A stretch of DNA of 64,000 bases from an uncultured Lentisphaerales bacterium (GCA_964460215.1 CAYWQM010000005.1:16211-80210), one strand, 5' to 3'; shown: positions 48,615 to 59,640, counted from the first letter of the stretch. A program made the numbers and translations. The notes: generated by a model from the sequence alone, not told the origin.

Positions 48615-49808
48615 TTAACCGTCGGCGTCAAATGGAGTCGGCCGCAGACACAGCCGCGAAATGCAGTCGTTAAATGTCTCGCGACCGCTGAGGATGTCGA
48701 TCTCGACCCGCATCCACAAAACCGGCAGGTCTCGCCGTCCCAGTAGCGGGAAGCGCACTGCATCTTTCTCGGTTGTCAGAACCAGTTCTGCCCCTTTCTC
48801 ATGTGCGGCGTTGATGAAATCGATGACCTCCTGCTGCGAATACCGGTGATGATCGGCGTAGCGGTCGAAATGAACGAGCTCGGCACCGAAGTCGCGCAGA
48901 AAAGATTCGAAACTCTCGGGCGCCGCGATGGCGCAGATCGAGGCGATTTTCTTGCCTTTGAGTATCTCAAGCGATTGCCGATCACCGGAGTACAGATTCT
49001 GCAGGTACCGTGGCTTGTGTGTGCACTCGATAATCTCGGCCCGGTGGTTGTGGCGCTTGATGAAACTCTTGAGATGGCGCAGGTGGGTGCCGCCAGTGGA
49101 TTTCGTCAGAAAGATGTAGTCAGCGCGCCGCAGGTTTTTGATCGGCTCACGCAACAGGCCGCGCGGTAGCAGATGGTGGTTGTCGAACGGTGCCGTCGCG
49201 TCGATCAGCAGGATATTCAGCCGCGGCTTCAGAAACAGATACTGAAAGCCGTCGTCCAGTATCAGGGTGTCGACGTCGAATTTGTTGATGGCGTAGCGGC
49301 CGCTTTTGACCCGATCCTTGTCAACCAGTACCACGACGTTGTCCAGGTTGTTGGCCAACATGTACGGCTCGTCACCAGCCATCTCTGAGTTCAGAAGCAG
49401 ACGTTTGCCGTCGCTGACGACACGTGGTGGCACGTCGTCAGCCCGGCGAAGACAGAAATCGGCGAGTCGCTCGAGAAACGGCTTGCTCTTGCTGCGGTAG
49501 CCGCGGCTCAGCACCGCCACCTTTCTGCCGTTTCGCGTCAGTACTCGCGAAAAGACCTCGACGACTGGTGTCTTGCCCGTACCGCCGACTGTCAGATTGC
49601 CAATGCTGACCACTAGGCAACCGAGCGTCCGCGGCCGCAGCATGCGCTGGTTATACAGCGAAATGCGCAGTTGCACAAGGTTGCGGTAAATCCGTGAAAG
49701 TATGAACAACCCGGCCATTGCCAGGGCGTCCAGGGGGGAGTGCCGGCTCTCACGAATGAGATCGGTGAAGTAGGTCTCGGCGTTTTCGACAAAGTGACGA
49801 AATGTCAT
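48615..49808 (-). CDS. lpxK: Tetraacyldisaccharide 4'-kinase (lipid A biosynthesis), with ~60-aa C-terminal extension
   Basis: [19 protein letters not shown]-loop and ...VLSRGY; 397 aa vs ~330 typical. Confidence 0.8.
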   Translation of the reverse strand: MTFRHFVENAETYFTDLIRESRHSPLDALAMAGLFILSRIYRNLVQLRISLYNQRMLRPRTLGCLVVSIGNLTVGGTGKTPVVEVFSRVLTRNGRKVAVLSRGYRSKSKPFLERLADFCLRRADDVPPRVVSDGKRLLLNSEMAGDEPYMLANNLDNVVVLVDKDRVKSGRYAINKFDVDTLILDDGFQYLFLKPRLNILLIDATAPFDNHHLLPRGLLREPIKNLRRADYIFLTKSTGGTHLRHLKSFIKRHNHRAEIIECTHKPRYLQNLYSGDRQSLEILKGKKIASICAIAAPESFESFLRDFGAELVHFDRYADHHRYSQQEVIDFINAAHEKGAELVLTTEKDAVRFPLLGRRDLPVLWMRVEIDILSGRETFNDCISRLCLRPTPFDADG

Positions 49809-49836
49809 GGCAGCTGCTGGTCTGCAGAGTGGATAC

Positions 49837-50313
49837 TCACAGACCGGTATACATGTCGTCGATCATCGGGTAGTCCAGCACTTCGTCGGGTCCGAACCAC
49901 AGGGCCACTTCGCGTTCGGCATCCTCTGGATTGGCGCTGGCGTGGACCAGGTTGCAGAGGAACCGGTCGGGTTCGCGTTTCAGGGTCTGGTGCGCATAGT
50001 CGCCGCGAATTGTGCCCGGCAACGCACTGGCCGGCTCCGTATCGCCGACGAGTTGACGTACCTTGGCGATAGCTCCGGTGCCGCCCAGCACAAACACCAG
50101 GGCCGGGCCGACGGTAATGTACGCTTCCAGCGCCGGGTAGAACGGTTTGTCGACGTGCTCGGCGTAGTGTGCTTTTGACTGTTCCGCGGTTGTCTGCACA
50201 AAGCGCATGGCGTGGATCTTTAGGCCGACGTTCTCGAAGCGGCTGATCAAGGTGCCTGCCATGCGACGCTGAACGCCGTCGGGTTTGACGATTATCAGGG
50301 TCTTTTCGTACAT
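49837..50313 (-). CDS. ndk: Nucleoside-diphosphate kinase
   Basis: MYEKTLIIVKPDGVQR...NLVHASAN (active-site His). ORF track extends to 50667 but the upstream part is non-coding-like. Confidence 0.9.
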   Translation of the reverse strand: MYEKTLIIVKPDGVQRRMAGTLISRFENVGLKIHAMRFVQTTAEQSKAHYAEHVDKPFYPALEAYITVGPALVFVLGGTGAIAKVRQLVGDTEPASALPGTIRGDYAHQTLKREPDRFLCNLVHASANPEDAEREVALWFGPDEVLDYPMIDDMYTGL

Positions 50314-50491
50314 GTTCGAATTCCTTTGAGTCAGCGTGGTAGAGAAATGATAGAGGAATGGTGAAGGAAAAGGCGGTAAACTACGGTCGTGACCCGGAAT
50401 ATCAAGGCAGTTGAATACAGTAGAGCCATGCGGGCGCTTTGCCGTTTTTGTCGACCTTGCATTGACGGGAACCACAGGCATCGTATCTGAC

Positions 50492-51496
50492 ATGAATACG
50501 CCAAGGATCAAAACCACTACGGTCGGCTCGTATCCGCTCCCGGATTGGCTCACTGCAATGCCCAGTGAACAGTCGGTGATCGATGCGACGCGAGTTGTTG
50601 TCGATACGCAACGCCAACTCGGTATCGATTTGCCGACAGACGGTGAACTGTACCGGTTCGATGTCAATCATCCGGATACAAACGGCATGATCGACTACTT
50701 CATTCGCCCACTGGACGGTGTCCGTTCCGAGGTGGGCTATGGCGACTGGCAGGCGTTTGCCGCACAAAAGAGCATGTCGTTCCGTGCCAAACCCGCCGGC
50801 GTCGTTGACAGTGCGATTGGGGAGGGGAGCCTCAATCTTGTGGCGGACTGTGAGCGCGTCGTGCAGACAGCCGGACGCAAGGTAAAATTCACTGTCACCA
50901 GCCCGTATATGCTGGCTCGGACGCTCCTCGACAATCACTACAATGACTTCGAGGCGCTACTTATGGCGTTGGCCGAAGTGATTGCCGTGCAGATCCGGGA
51001 GATCGACTGCGAATGCGTGCAGATCGACGAAGCCAACATCACCGGCAACCCCGGTGACGGCGAGATCGCGGCGAAGTCGATGAATATTCTGCTCGATGCC
51101 GTGCGGCACGAAAAGGCCGTACACTTCTGCTTCGGCAACTACGGTGGCCAGACGATCCAATCGGGTACCTGGAAGGAACTCGTTGGATTCCTTAACGCGT
51201 TGCACACCGATCACTTGGTGCTGGAATTGGCGCATCGGCCGGACGACGATCTCGAGGCGCTGCGTGATGTGTCACCAGACATCAAGCTCGGACTCGGTGT
51301 AATCGATGTGAAAGTCAACCGCGTGGAGAAGCCGGATGAAGTGGCTGCACGTATCGAGAAAGGAGAAAAAACGCTGGGCGAAGGCCGCCTCGGCTGGGTG
51401 CATCCCGACTGCGGCTTCTGGATGCTCAAGCGATCGATCGCGGATCGCAAGATGGCGGCTCTTGTACAGGGCCGCGACCTCTACCTCGGCAGATAG
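50492..51496 (+). CDS. Cobalamin-independent methionine-synthase-like (MetE C-terminal-domain family, UROD/MetE-like) protein
   Basis: TTTVGSYPLPDWL...IQIDEANI...HFCFGNYGG...WVHPDCGF is the MetE catalytic-domain Zn-ligand pattern (His/Cys/Glu/Cys). Start at MNTPRIK. Confidence 0.7.
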   Translation: MNTPRIKTTTVGSYPLPDWLTAMPSEQSVIDATRVVVDTQRQLGIDLPTDGELYRFDVNHPDTNGMIDYFIRPLDGVRSEVGYGDWQAFAAQKSMSFRAKPAGVVDSAIGEGSLNLVADCERVVQTAGRKVKFTVTSPYMLARTLLDNHYNDFEALLMALAEVIAVQIREIDCECVQIDEANITGNPGDGEIAAKSMNILLDAVRHEKAVHFCFGNYGGQTIQSGTWKELVGFLNALHTDHLVLELAHRPDDDLEALRDVSPDIKLGLGVIDVKVNRVEKPDEVAARIEKGEKTLGEGRLGWVHPDCGFWMLKRSIADRKMAALVQGRDLYLGR

Positions 51497-51602
51497 CGGG
51501 ACAGTTTCTCCGAACATGCATCCCGCGGCAAAGCCCTAGTCAGGCAATCTCACGACGACCCACGAAGCTCACGAGTTCGAAAACAACCGTATTCTGCGGG
51601 AC

Positions 51603-52658
51603 CTACTTCGACGCTACAAAGAAGCTGTCGTAGACATGGCTGCGGACAATGACGTAGGCTCCCGGCATGGTCGGCACGTAGCTGGCGCCGAAGCTGGGAT
51701 CGGCGGTTTCCATCATCAACATGCACTGGGCGATGAAGCGCTGCCATTTCAGGGGTTCCTCGATATTGTCGAGACCAAAATAGGCGTGCACTCGTCCGCG
51801 ATGCTTCCTGCCGTAGTTGCGCAGTTTGACGAAGAGCCCCAGACCGATGGTGTTGGCAAACACCGGCACGGGTGCGCTGGCGGATGAGGTGGTTTCGTTC
51901 TGGTCGATTGTGCCGAAGGTCAGCGGTGCACCGCGTACCCACAGAACCTGCTCCGCCAGGGAGCGGTTGAGGCGTACGCCGAAGGTACTTTCCCAGAACA
52001 TGATGTGACCGATCTTGCCGACGCCGCCGGTAAAGATGACGCCGGCGCCTTTGTTCATCAAGCGATCGACTTTCTTCTCGTAACTGTGCAGGTGCTTGCC
52101 GGCGGCGAAGTTACGGTTGCTCACCGGAATCTGATGTGCCGCGTCGAGCAGGTCGAAGAACTGTTCGGCCATGTCCTGGCGGAACGTGGTCATATACGGA
52201 TAATCCTTTTTCGCTATCATCTCACCGTCTTGCGTTGCCCACTCATCCATTGCGAAGGTATGTATCAGCGAGGTATCGACGGTGCCGAGCTTGTTGATGA
52301 GCTGTGCGATGATCGGATACTGCCCCATGGGCCCGACCGGCGTGATCCAGATGACCGGGCGTCCGGCTGAGGTATGCTCCGTCAGGCGATTGAAGATGTT
52401 GATTGCCATCGTCGAGTTGTGCATCTCCAGCGAATCCACGATCTCGACGCCAAAGTCGCTGTGCCAGTGTTTCTTGCGCTTGAGCAGATCCTTTGGCTTC
52501 GGCGGCTTGGTGCGGACGCGGTCCCGCACGGCCTGCACGGTACCAGAGTACTCGGCGGGATGGCCGATATATGATTTCGAGCGGCCGATTTTATGTTGAT
52601 TCTTGTCGACAATAGCTTGCAGCTTCTTGGTGGCTTCGGGGATATTGGTCTCGATCAT
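51603..52658 (-). CDS. Glucosamine-6-phosphate deaminase / 6-phosphogluconolactonase-family-like protein with ~70-aa Lys-rich N-terminal extension
   Basis: VIFTGGVGKIGHIMFWE resembles the G-x-G-x-DGH-x-A-x-F motif of the NagB/Pgl fold (Lys replaces Asp). Confidence 0.5.
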   Translation of the reverse strand: MIETNIPEATKKLQAIVDKNQHKIGRSKSYIGHPAEYSGTVQAVRDRVRTKPPKPKDLLKRKKHWHSDFGVEIVDSLEMHNSTMAINIFNRLTEHTSAGRPVIWITPVGPMGQYPIIAQLINKLGTVDTSLIHTFAMDEWATQDGEMIAKKDYPYMTTFRQDMAEQFFDLLDAAHQIPVSNRNFAAGKHLHSYEKKVDRLMNKGAGVIFTGGVGKIGHIMFWESTFGVRLNRSLAEQVLWVRGAPLTFGTIDQNETTSSASAPVPVFANTIGLGLFVKLRNYGRKHRGRVHAYFGLDNIEEPLKWQRFIAQCMLMMETADPSFGASYVPTMPGAYVIVRSHVYDSFFVASK

Positions 52659-52774
52659 CAGTGTCTCCTTAATGTGGCTGAAGGGTAAAAGCGTTTCTGG
52701 TAATCCCGGCTCTTAATCTGGCGGTTCACGAGATCACAAACTCAAAATAAGGGTATGCACGTGTCTGTCAAGGA

Positions 52775-54946
52775 TCACTCCTCGCGCTTTTCCTCAATTC
52801 CGCTGCCGGACGACGGTCGCCAGTAGGCGCGCAGCACCAGTTCCGCCAGTTTCGACTGGGGTGAGTAGTGCGGCTCGTCGGGGAACGGCGGGCGATTGGC
52901 GCTCCAGTTCCACCAGAATATCCCGGCAAGCCAGTCGCGGCGCGGAAACACTTCGAGCACGGCATGATAGCAGGCGGCCTGCTCGATATTGTCGAGCTTG
53001 GCGCGGTTGCCTGACCAGTACCAGGGTCGGACGTTGGCGCCATCCTGGTTGTTGAAGCCGACTTCGGTAAATATAATCGGTCGCTTCTGGTCACTCGCGA
53101 ATTGCTCCAAACGCTCGGCCCAACCCTCGTAGCCTGCGATGATCTCGCGGAGTCCGGCATTCTTATCGCGCGTTGCTTCGAAATAAGCATCGATACCGAT
53201 GTAATCGAGAGCGTTCCAGAAACGCACGACATAGAAATTGTCATGCAGCGCGGCGTATGTGAGCTTGCCCTTGTAGCCACGTTTGCGGACATTGTCAATC
53301 AGGTTTTTCCACTCACGGGTGTAGGGCGTCATCTTCTTCAACTCCACCCCGACACAAAAAATCTCAACCTGCTCGGCGATTGCCAGATCGATATACGGCA
53401 TGAGGAAAGACGTGTAGCTGGCGAACCAGGCTTTGACGTCCCTTTCGCTTGGTTTGATGAGGCCGCGCCACATGTGGTCATCTTTCGCTTCGATAGCCAG
53501 GTTGAGGTGGGGCTTGAGCATGATCCGCAGACCGGCGTCTCGGGCTGCCTGGATGACCGTGCGTATTTCGTCGACGGTGAGCGTCTTTTCAGGGTCGGAG
53601 ATGATCTCGACAGACCGAGGCCCGTGCTGATAGCCGGTCATTGAGAGGCTCACGCGGTCAGCGCCCGAAGCCTTGATGTCGCGCAAAGCTTGGCGCCAGT
53701 GACTGTCCTGCAGATCGCGCCTGGACCAGATCGGCAGGGCCATGCCCTTGTAATAGGCCGTTGCCTTTTTGCCGGTCACGCCGTTGTCGGTGGCTAGTTT
53801 CTGCAACAGCTGTCGGTCAAGTGAGACCAAATGAACTGGCATCTCATGCACGTAGGCCAGGGCGTCCCGCCATTGTGACATTGCCGATGCTGCCTGGATC
53901 GGTGTCTCCGGCGGCGGAAAACCGTTTCGGATGGCGAAATTCACCCCATCTGGATCATCGCTCAGGTGCTCCACGAACTGCCGACGCGGCGGCAGCTCGC
54001 GCCATTCGCTGCGCAGCGGATGAAAAAGAAACAGATGTTCGTCGCCGTCTTGGTCACGGAAGGTGACGGTCGCGGTCGTATAGTCGTCGTCACGCATGTC
54101 GACAACGTCGAGCTGCCCCTTTATCGGCGGCCGGACGATTTGCCAATCTTCGGTTTTTCGGTCGCAGGAAAGCAGGTGGCTGCCGGCGGCAATCAACAGA
54201 CGGTCCCTGGTGATCGCCACGTAGCGCACAGTGGTCCGTTCGCAGCCGAATGCTGCCACCTTTGGTGCCAGGTCGGTGCGGGTTCGTGTCGACTCGTCGT
54301 AGACCTGAAGAAATTTACCCTCGACAGCGATCCAGACGCGCATACGATTATCACGCTCGCGCCAGGTTTTCAGGATGCGGCCGCCGACCTCATCGAGAAT
54401 TTCAAAGCGCGTCACCTCGGCAGCGAAGGTATCGGTTTTCAGTAACTGGTCGAACTGGCTCTGCACCATGTCGCGGCTGCCCGGATCGCTGATTGCGGCG
54501 ATCAATGCGCGGGCGTCAGCCAATTTGATGTGATTGAAGAACATCGCGTTTGACTGCACGGCGCCGGCCAGGATTTTTGCAATTCCCGCAGACTGCCCGT
54601 CAACCAGCAGCACGTGTGCCTGCAACAGGTGGTAGCGGGCGCTGTAAGGTCGCAGCCGCAGGGCGGTGCGGGCGCAGGCTGCCGCCGCGGAGACGTTGTC
54701 GAGTGCCAGGTAGGTCCAGCCGAGCCGGCTCCAGAGCGGGTCGTTGAGCGGATCCTCGCCCAGTTGTGCCGCGAGTTTCTTGCGGATGTGCTCGACGTTG
54801 TTGGCCTGGACCCGCGTCGCGGCCATTTCCATGACGTATTCGCGCGATAGCAGTGAGTCGTCACCGGCGGCCGGCAGGCACAGCAGAGAAAGCAACAGCG
54901 CTGCGCCCAGTTGCAGCCGCCTTCCGTGTCTGGCGCACCGTGGCAA
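52775..54946 (-). CDS. Secreted TPR-like repeat + clan GH-A-like TIM-barrel glycoside hydrolase (GH113/GH5-like) protein
   Basis: Signal-like RRLQLGAALLLSLLCLPAAG; N-terminal helical repeats. C-terminal ..RPIIFTEVGF..GIFWWNW pattern resembles retaining GH-A nucleophile-Glu regions. Start probably a TTG near 54946 (the ORF to 55120 overlaps the upstream gene). Confidence 0.45.
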   Translation of the reverse strand: MPRCARHGRRLQLGAALLLSLLCLPAAGDDSLLSREYVMEMAATRVQANNVEHIRKKLAAQLGEDPLNDPLWSRLGWTYLALDNVSAAAACARTALRLRPYSARYHLLQAHVLLVDGQSAGIAKILAGAVQSNAMFFNHIKLADARALIAAISDPGSRDMVQSQFDQLLKTDTFAAEVTRFEILDEVGGRILKTWRERDNRMRVWIAVEGKFLQVYDESTRTRTDLAPKVAAFGCERTTVRYVAITRDRLLIAAGSHLLSCDRKTEDWQIVRPPIKGQLDVVDMRDDDYTTATVTFRDQDGDEHLFLFHPLRSEWRELPPRRQFVEHLSDDPDGVNFAIRNGFPPPETPIQAASAMSQWRDALAYVHEMPVHLVSLDRQLLQKLATDNGVTGKKATAYYKGMALPIWSRRDLQDSHWRQALRDIKASGADRVSLSMTGYQHGPRSVEIISDPEKTLTVDEIRTVIQAARDAGLRIMLKPHLNLAIEAKDDHMWRGLIKPSERDVKAWFASYTSFLMPYIDLAIAEQVEIFCVGVELKKMTPYTREWKNLIDNVRKRGYKGKLTYAALHDNFYVVRFWNALDYIGIDAYFEATRDKNAGLREIIAGYEGWAERLEQFASDQKRPIIFTEVGFNNQDGANVRPWYWSGNRAKLDNIEQAACYHAVLEVFPRRDWLAGIFWWNWSANRPPFPDEPHYSPQSKLAELVLRAYWRPSSGSGIEEKREE

Positions 54947-54947
54947 C

Positions 54948-57413
54948 TTAGATCCCGAGACTGCTGAGGCGGATCTGTTCCTCGCTCGAGAAATCACTGA
55001 CACAGGTATGCCCGGGAAGCGGCAGGATCTTTTGGTGGATGGCGTCGACCAGCCATTCCGGTTGCGGGAAGAAAGCTTTCTCCAGCTCGTACGCCGGGGT
55101 GATCCAGTTGCGCGATCCAATGACTACGGCAGGGGCATCGAGATAGTCGAAAGCGAGTTCCGTGATGTTCTGGGCGACGTCGTTGAGGAAGGAGCCGCGC
55201 TGGCAGGCGTCACTGCATAACAAGACGCGTCCGGTCTTTTTCACTGATTCGACGATCGGTGCGTAGTTCAGCGGCGCCAGCGTGCGCAAATCAACGAGTT
55301 CCGCTTCCAGTCCGTAGCCTTGCAGTATGTCAGCGGCCTTGAGGGCGGTGTACAGCGTATGGCCGGCAGTGACGATGGTGACGTCCTTGCCGCTTCGCTT
55401 GATGTCCGGCTCGCCGAGCGGGACTTCGTAGAACCCCTCCGGCACGCCGTCGGGCTGGAACAGTTCGCTGATCTCGTAGCTGCGCTGGGATTCGAAAAAG
55501 ATGACCGGATCGGTGCCGCGCAGTGCGGCGTTCATCAGGCCTTTCGCGTCGTACGGAGTGGCTGGAAAGACGACCTTGAGCCCTGGTATGTGGGTGCACA
55601 GACTCGAGAAATCCTGGGAATGCTGGGCGCCGTATTTCGAACCGACCGAGACGCGGATGATCACCGGCATTGGCAGTACACCCGCACTCATGGCCTGCCA
55701 TTTGGAAAGCTGGTTGAAAATCTCGTCGCCCGAGCGCCCGAGGAAATCGCAGTACATCAGTTCGGCAATGACACGACCACCGCATAGTCCGTAACCGACG
55801 GCGGCCCCGACGATGGCACCTTCGGAAATCGGCGAATTGAACAGGCGCTGGTAGGGCAGGGCTTCGGTCAGACCGCGGTAGACCGCGAAGGCCCCGCCCC
55901 AGTCACGGTTCTCCTCGCCCCAGGCGACCAGTGTCGGATCGGTGTAGAAGCCGTCCAAAATCGCCTCGAAAAGGGCGTCGCGGTACTGCACCGCTTTACC
56001 TTTGGCGAGCTCTTTGCCGCTGTCGTCGACACCTTTGCGGCTGCGGCGGGCGATTTGCTTGACGCGCGGATTGTCTTCCTTCGGCATGTTGACCGTGCAT
56101 TCCCGGTCTTCCATTTTCTCGATGTTGTTGTCGGAGTACATGAACCGGGCAACAGCATCGCGGTCGGTCGACGGGTCGAGACGCGGCGACAGCTCGTCGT
56201 CCATCGCCAGCTTCAAGGCGTTTACCATGATTGCAACGGTCTCTTCGCGGATCGTGTCGAGCCGGTCCTGGGTACAGACCTCGTGTTTGACCAGATCGTC
56301 GCCGTAGATGATGATCGGGTCGACGGCTTCCCAGGCCGCAATCTCCTCGCGTTCACGATAGGAGGAAGCGTCGGAAGGCGAGTGTCCGGAAACCCGGTAG
56401 GTGAGGGTGTCGAGAAGTACCGGTCCTTCTTTCTTCTTCAGTACATCGATCTTGCGCTGAAAGGCGTCGATGACGGCCAGCGGATTGTAGCCGTCGACGC
56501 GTTCGCTATGCATCTGGTCGCGATTGGCGCCAGCGCCGACTCGTGCCATGATTTCCTGGCCCATGGTTTCGCCGAGGGTCTGACCGCCCATGCCGTAGAG
56601 GTTGTTCATGACGTTGATGATCAACGGCAGCCCACCCTTGAACTCGCCTTCCCACAGCTCCTTGTACTGCCCCATCGTGGCCATGCAGATCGCTTCCCAG
56701 ACAGGCCCGCAACCCATCGAGGCATCGCCGATATTACAGACGACGACGCCGGGCTTCTGATTGATCTTCTTGAACAGTGAGGCGCCGACCGAGATGTCCG
56801 CCGAACCACCGACAATGGCGTTGTTCGGGTAAATGCCGAAGCCAGGGAAAAAAGCGTGCATCGAGCCGCCGAGACCGCGGTTGAAACCGGTTTGTCGCCC
56901 GAATATTTCCGCCAGCGCGCCGTATACCAGGAAATCTGTCGCCAGTGCTTTGACGTTGTCGTGCTTGTTGCGCTCGACGACCCGCAACGCCTCACCGGCG
57001 AACTGGTCTTCCATGATCTGCAGCAGCGTGTCGTCCTGGTTCTTGGCGATGGCGCTCAGCCCCTTTGCCAAAATCTCCCCGTGGCTGCGGTGTGAACCGA
57101 AAATAAAATCGTCGGTGTCAAGTACATAGGCCTGGCCGACAGCCGACGCTTCCTGGCCGATCGACAAATGTGCCGGCCCCGGGTAGTTGTAGGCGACGCC
57201 ACTGTATTCGCCGGTCGTCTTGATCAGGTTCAGCATCGTCTCGAACTCGCGGATCACCGCCATATCGCGGTAGATTCCGATCATTTCCTCGGGCGCAAAG
57301 TTCTTGACCTCGGCAGCGAACGAGCGGTGATAGTGGTTGACCGGGATGTCAGCCAGTTTGACATGGCTGCGTTTACGAACTTTTTTCGGATCGATGAACT
57401 GTGATTTGGGCAT
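54948..57413 (-). CDS. 2-oxoacid dehydrogenase E1 component, fused alpha+beta subunits (TPP-dependent; PDH/acetoin/BCKDH type)
   Basis: Alpha part ..SIGQEASAVG...GSHRSHGE..GGSMH.. and beta/transketolase-like part ..NSPISEGAIVGAAVGYGLCGGRVIAELMYCDF...; 821 aa. Confidence 0.85.
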   Translation of the reverse strand: MPKSQFIDPKKVRKRSHVKLADIPVNHYHRSFAAEVKNFAPEEMIGIYRDMAVIREFETMLNLIKTTGEYSGVAYNYPGPAHLSIGQEASAVGQAYVLDTDDFIFGSHRSHGEILAKGLSAIAKNQDDTLLQIMEDQFAGEALRVVERNKHDNVKALATDFLVYGALAEIFGRQTGFNRGLGGSMHAFFPGFGIYPNNAIVGGSADISVGASLFKKINQKPGVVVCNIGDASMGCGPVWEAICMATMGQYKELWEGEFKGGLPLIINVMNNLYGMGGQTLGETMGQEIMARVGAGANRDQMHSERVDGYNPLAVIDAFQRKIDVLKKKEGPVLLDTLTYRVSGHSPSDASSYREREEIAAWEAVDPIIIYGDDLVKHEVCTQDRLDTIREETVAIMVNALKLAMDDELSPRLDPSTDRDAVARFMYSDNNIEKMEDRECTVNMPKEDNPRVKQIARRSRKGVDDSGKELAKGKAVQYRDALFEAILDGFYTDPTLVAWGEENRDWGGAFAVYRGLTEALPYQRLFNSPISEGAIVGAAVGYGLCGGRVIAELMYCDFLGRSGDEIFNQLSKWQAMSAGVLPMPVIIRVSVGSKYGAQHSQDFSSLCTHIPGLKVVFPATPYDAKGLMNAALRGTDPVIFFESQRSYEISELFQPDGVPEGFYEVPLGEPDIKRSGKDVTIVTAGHTLYTALKAADILQGYGLEAELVDLRTLAPLNYAPIVESVKKTGRVLLCSDACQRGSFLNDVAQNITELAFDYLDAPAVVIGSRNWITPAYELEKAFFPQPEWLVDAIHQKILPLPGHTCVSDFSSEEQIRLSSLGI

Positions 57414-57451
57414 AAATCAGATTCCGTATTGCAGATTGCGGCTTGCAGTTG

Positions 57452-58717
57452 TTACAGGAACAATGCCAGGTCGAAGTCAGCGATGTTTGCACACAGCGCC
57501 TTAAGATACGCTGCAGCAGGTGCGCCGTCGACAGCACGATGATCGATGGTCAGGGACAATCCCAGGTACGGGCGCATGACGTAGTCGTCATTTTCCTGCA
57601 CCGGGCGCGGTGTAATCGTGTTGACACCGAGGATGGCTACCTGAGGTAGATTCAGCACCGGTGTGAATGACTCAATGCCGAAAGAACCGAGATTGGAAAT
57701 GGTGAAGGTGCCGCCGGTCATCTGGTCGGCGGCAATTGTGCCGTCATGCACCTGGCCGACAAGTTCCTTGCCGGCCAGCGCCAGCTCGTTCAGCGTCATG
57801 CCGCTGGCGAACGGAATAACCGGTACCAGCAGACCGCGCGGGGAGTTGGCGGCAAACGCCAGGTGCACGTTCTCGAACTGGCGTATCTTGTCGCCCAGAA
57901 AATGAGCGTTCATCTCGGGGAACTGCAGCAGTGTTCGAACCGTTGCGTATGCCACCAAATCGTTGATGTTGATGTCCGTGATGCCGAATTTCTCGCGCCG
58001 CTCCTTGATGACACGGCGACAGGCCATGATCGCAGTAGCGTCGGCACCGGCGGTGAGCGTGAACTGCGCTGCCTGCTGCAGCGATTCGACCATACGCGTA
58101 GCGATGATCTTGCGGATGTTGCTGAGCTTGATGTCCTTGATGCTATCACCTTCGAGCACCGGCCCAGGCGCTACGGTGTCCGTGGCGGAAACAGATGCAG
58201 TCGCGGTCGCCGATGCGGGGGGCGCTGCCAGAACGTCGCGTTCGATTACCCGTCCCTGTGGCCCGGAACCGGACAGGCTGCGAGGATCGATCCCGGCAGT
58301 TGTCGCGGCATGGCGCGCCCGCGGGGAAACGCCCTGATTGATCCCCGACGCGGTCGTGGCGGTGTCCGGCTGAACCGGGGTTGCTGGCGTGGCCAATGCA
58401 GCTGGTGGCGTTGCAGCTTCGCACTCTGGCGCTGCCGGTGCGGGGGCCGCGGCCGGTGCGAACGACTCAGTGTCTTCACCGTCATCGCCAATCACTGCCA
58501 TATTGCTCAGCACTGGGACATCGTCGCCTTCATCGTAGAAAGTGGCGAGCAGCGTGCCGGCTACCGGCGATTCAAACTCGAACGATGCCTTGTCGGTCTC
58601 GTAACTGAACAGAATATCACCGGCAGCGACGGTGTCGCCCTCAGATTTACACCATTCGATCAGGACACAGACCTCGACAGACTGGCCCTGAATTGGCATT
58701 GCGATAGGGGTTGCCAT
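57452..58717 (-). CDS. Dihydrolipoamide acyltransferase (E2) of the 2-oxoacid dehydrogenase complex
   Basis: Lipoyl domain ..GDILFSYETDKASFEFESPVAG.., Ala/Pro-rich linker, catalytic DHRAVDGAPAAAYL. Start at MATPIAMP. Confidence 0.85.
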   Translation of the reverse strand: MATPIAMPIQGQSVEVCVLIEWCKSEGDTVAAGDILFSYETDKASFEFESPVAGTLLATFYDEGDDVPVLSNMAVIGDDGEDTESFAPAAAPAPAAPECEAATPPAALATPATPVQPDTATTASGINQGVSPRARHAATTAGIDPRSLSGSGPQGRVIERDVLAAPPASATATASVSATDTVAPGPVLEGDSIKDIKLSNIRKIIATRMVESLQQAAQFTLTAGADATAIMACRRVIKERREKFGITDININDLVAYATVRTLLQFPEMNAHFLGDKIRQFENVHLAFAANSPRGLLVPVIPFASGMTLNELALAGKELVGQVHDGTIAADQMTGGTFTISNLGSFGIESFTPVLNLPQVAILGVNTITPRPVQENDDYVMRPYLGLSLTIDHRAVDGAPAAAYLKALCANIADFDLALFL

Positions 58718-58918
58718 TGGCAGCTCCGCGTTCGTTGAATAGCCAAAGCAGAACTTGAAATATAACACGGATTACCGAACTGTCTCCGCTGTGCAGAAGC
58801 TGTTTAGAAGGGAAAACGCGAGGGGGCATCGCTGACTGGGGCGTCAATGCGAGCGTAAAAGTACTATCCCTGTTACGATCTCAACTCACAGAGGCAGCGG
58901 TACAAAAACGCGTGCGGA

Positions 58919-59557
58919 TCACCGCGGCGGCTTACTCGCGTATAGCGTCATCATGGATAGGAAGAATAGAAGGCAGGCTGTGAACTCGCCGACCTCTTCG
59001 ACGTAAGCGACGTAGGATAAGGGCGGGCCAGCGTCCGCGGCGGTCTGGCAGAAAGCTTCACAGGCGAATGCCACAGCGAAGCCGACCATGCCGGCGAGGA
59101 AGGTGAGCAGCGGCACCCGGTGGCGTGCCAGGACCGGCAACAGCCAGATCAGTGACAGGCAGGCCCCGGCCAGGTAGGCGCCCAGTACCCAGCTGCCGAA
59201 TCGCTCGTGAATTTCGAACAGCTCGTCGCAGCCGCCGAACAGAAAACCCGCACCGACAGGGAACAGCACCCAGGTGGATTGGTCTGTGTCTGGTCGGCGC
59301 CTGTGCCGGATACCGATTGCTGTTGCCAGGTAGCCCGCACTGATCAGGCAGGCGGCGGTCAACCAGTTGATGGCGTTGTGCTGATGGATTACCGATTGAC
59401 CGTCGTCCGTTTTCCCGGTCGCCAGGTCCCAGCCGACCAGCATGAGCACAACGGTGGCGCCCAGGATCAGTCCGATCGGCACGATAACATTGCCGGTAGG
59501 CGCTGCGACGGTTGCTTGTTTGCCATCGTCGGGTGTGGTGGGGGTGGAGCGGTCCAC
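58919..59557 (-). CDS. Hypothetical polytopic membrane protein
   Basis: Several hydrophobic helices (IVPIGLILGATVVLMLVGW, WLTAACLISAGYLATAIGI, VLGAYLAGACLSLIWLLPVL ...). Confidence 0.45.
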   Translation of the reverse strand: MDRSTPTTPDDGKQATVAAPTGNVIVPIGLILGATVVLMLVGWDLATGKTDDGQSVIHQHNAINWLTAACLISAGYLATAIGIRHRRRPDTDQSTWVLFPVGAGFLFGGCDELFEIHERFGSWVLGAYLAGACLSLIWLLPVLARHRVPLLTFLAGMVGFAVAFACEAFCQTAADAGPPLSYVAYVEEVGEFTACLLFFLSMMTLYASKPPR

Positions 59558-59640
59558 AAATTTCCTTTTTTAAGCTTTTAAGCCGACGCGGTCCCCATAG
59601 CGGAATCCGCCTCCCAACATTCCGGTTTGCCGATGTCTGT

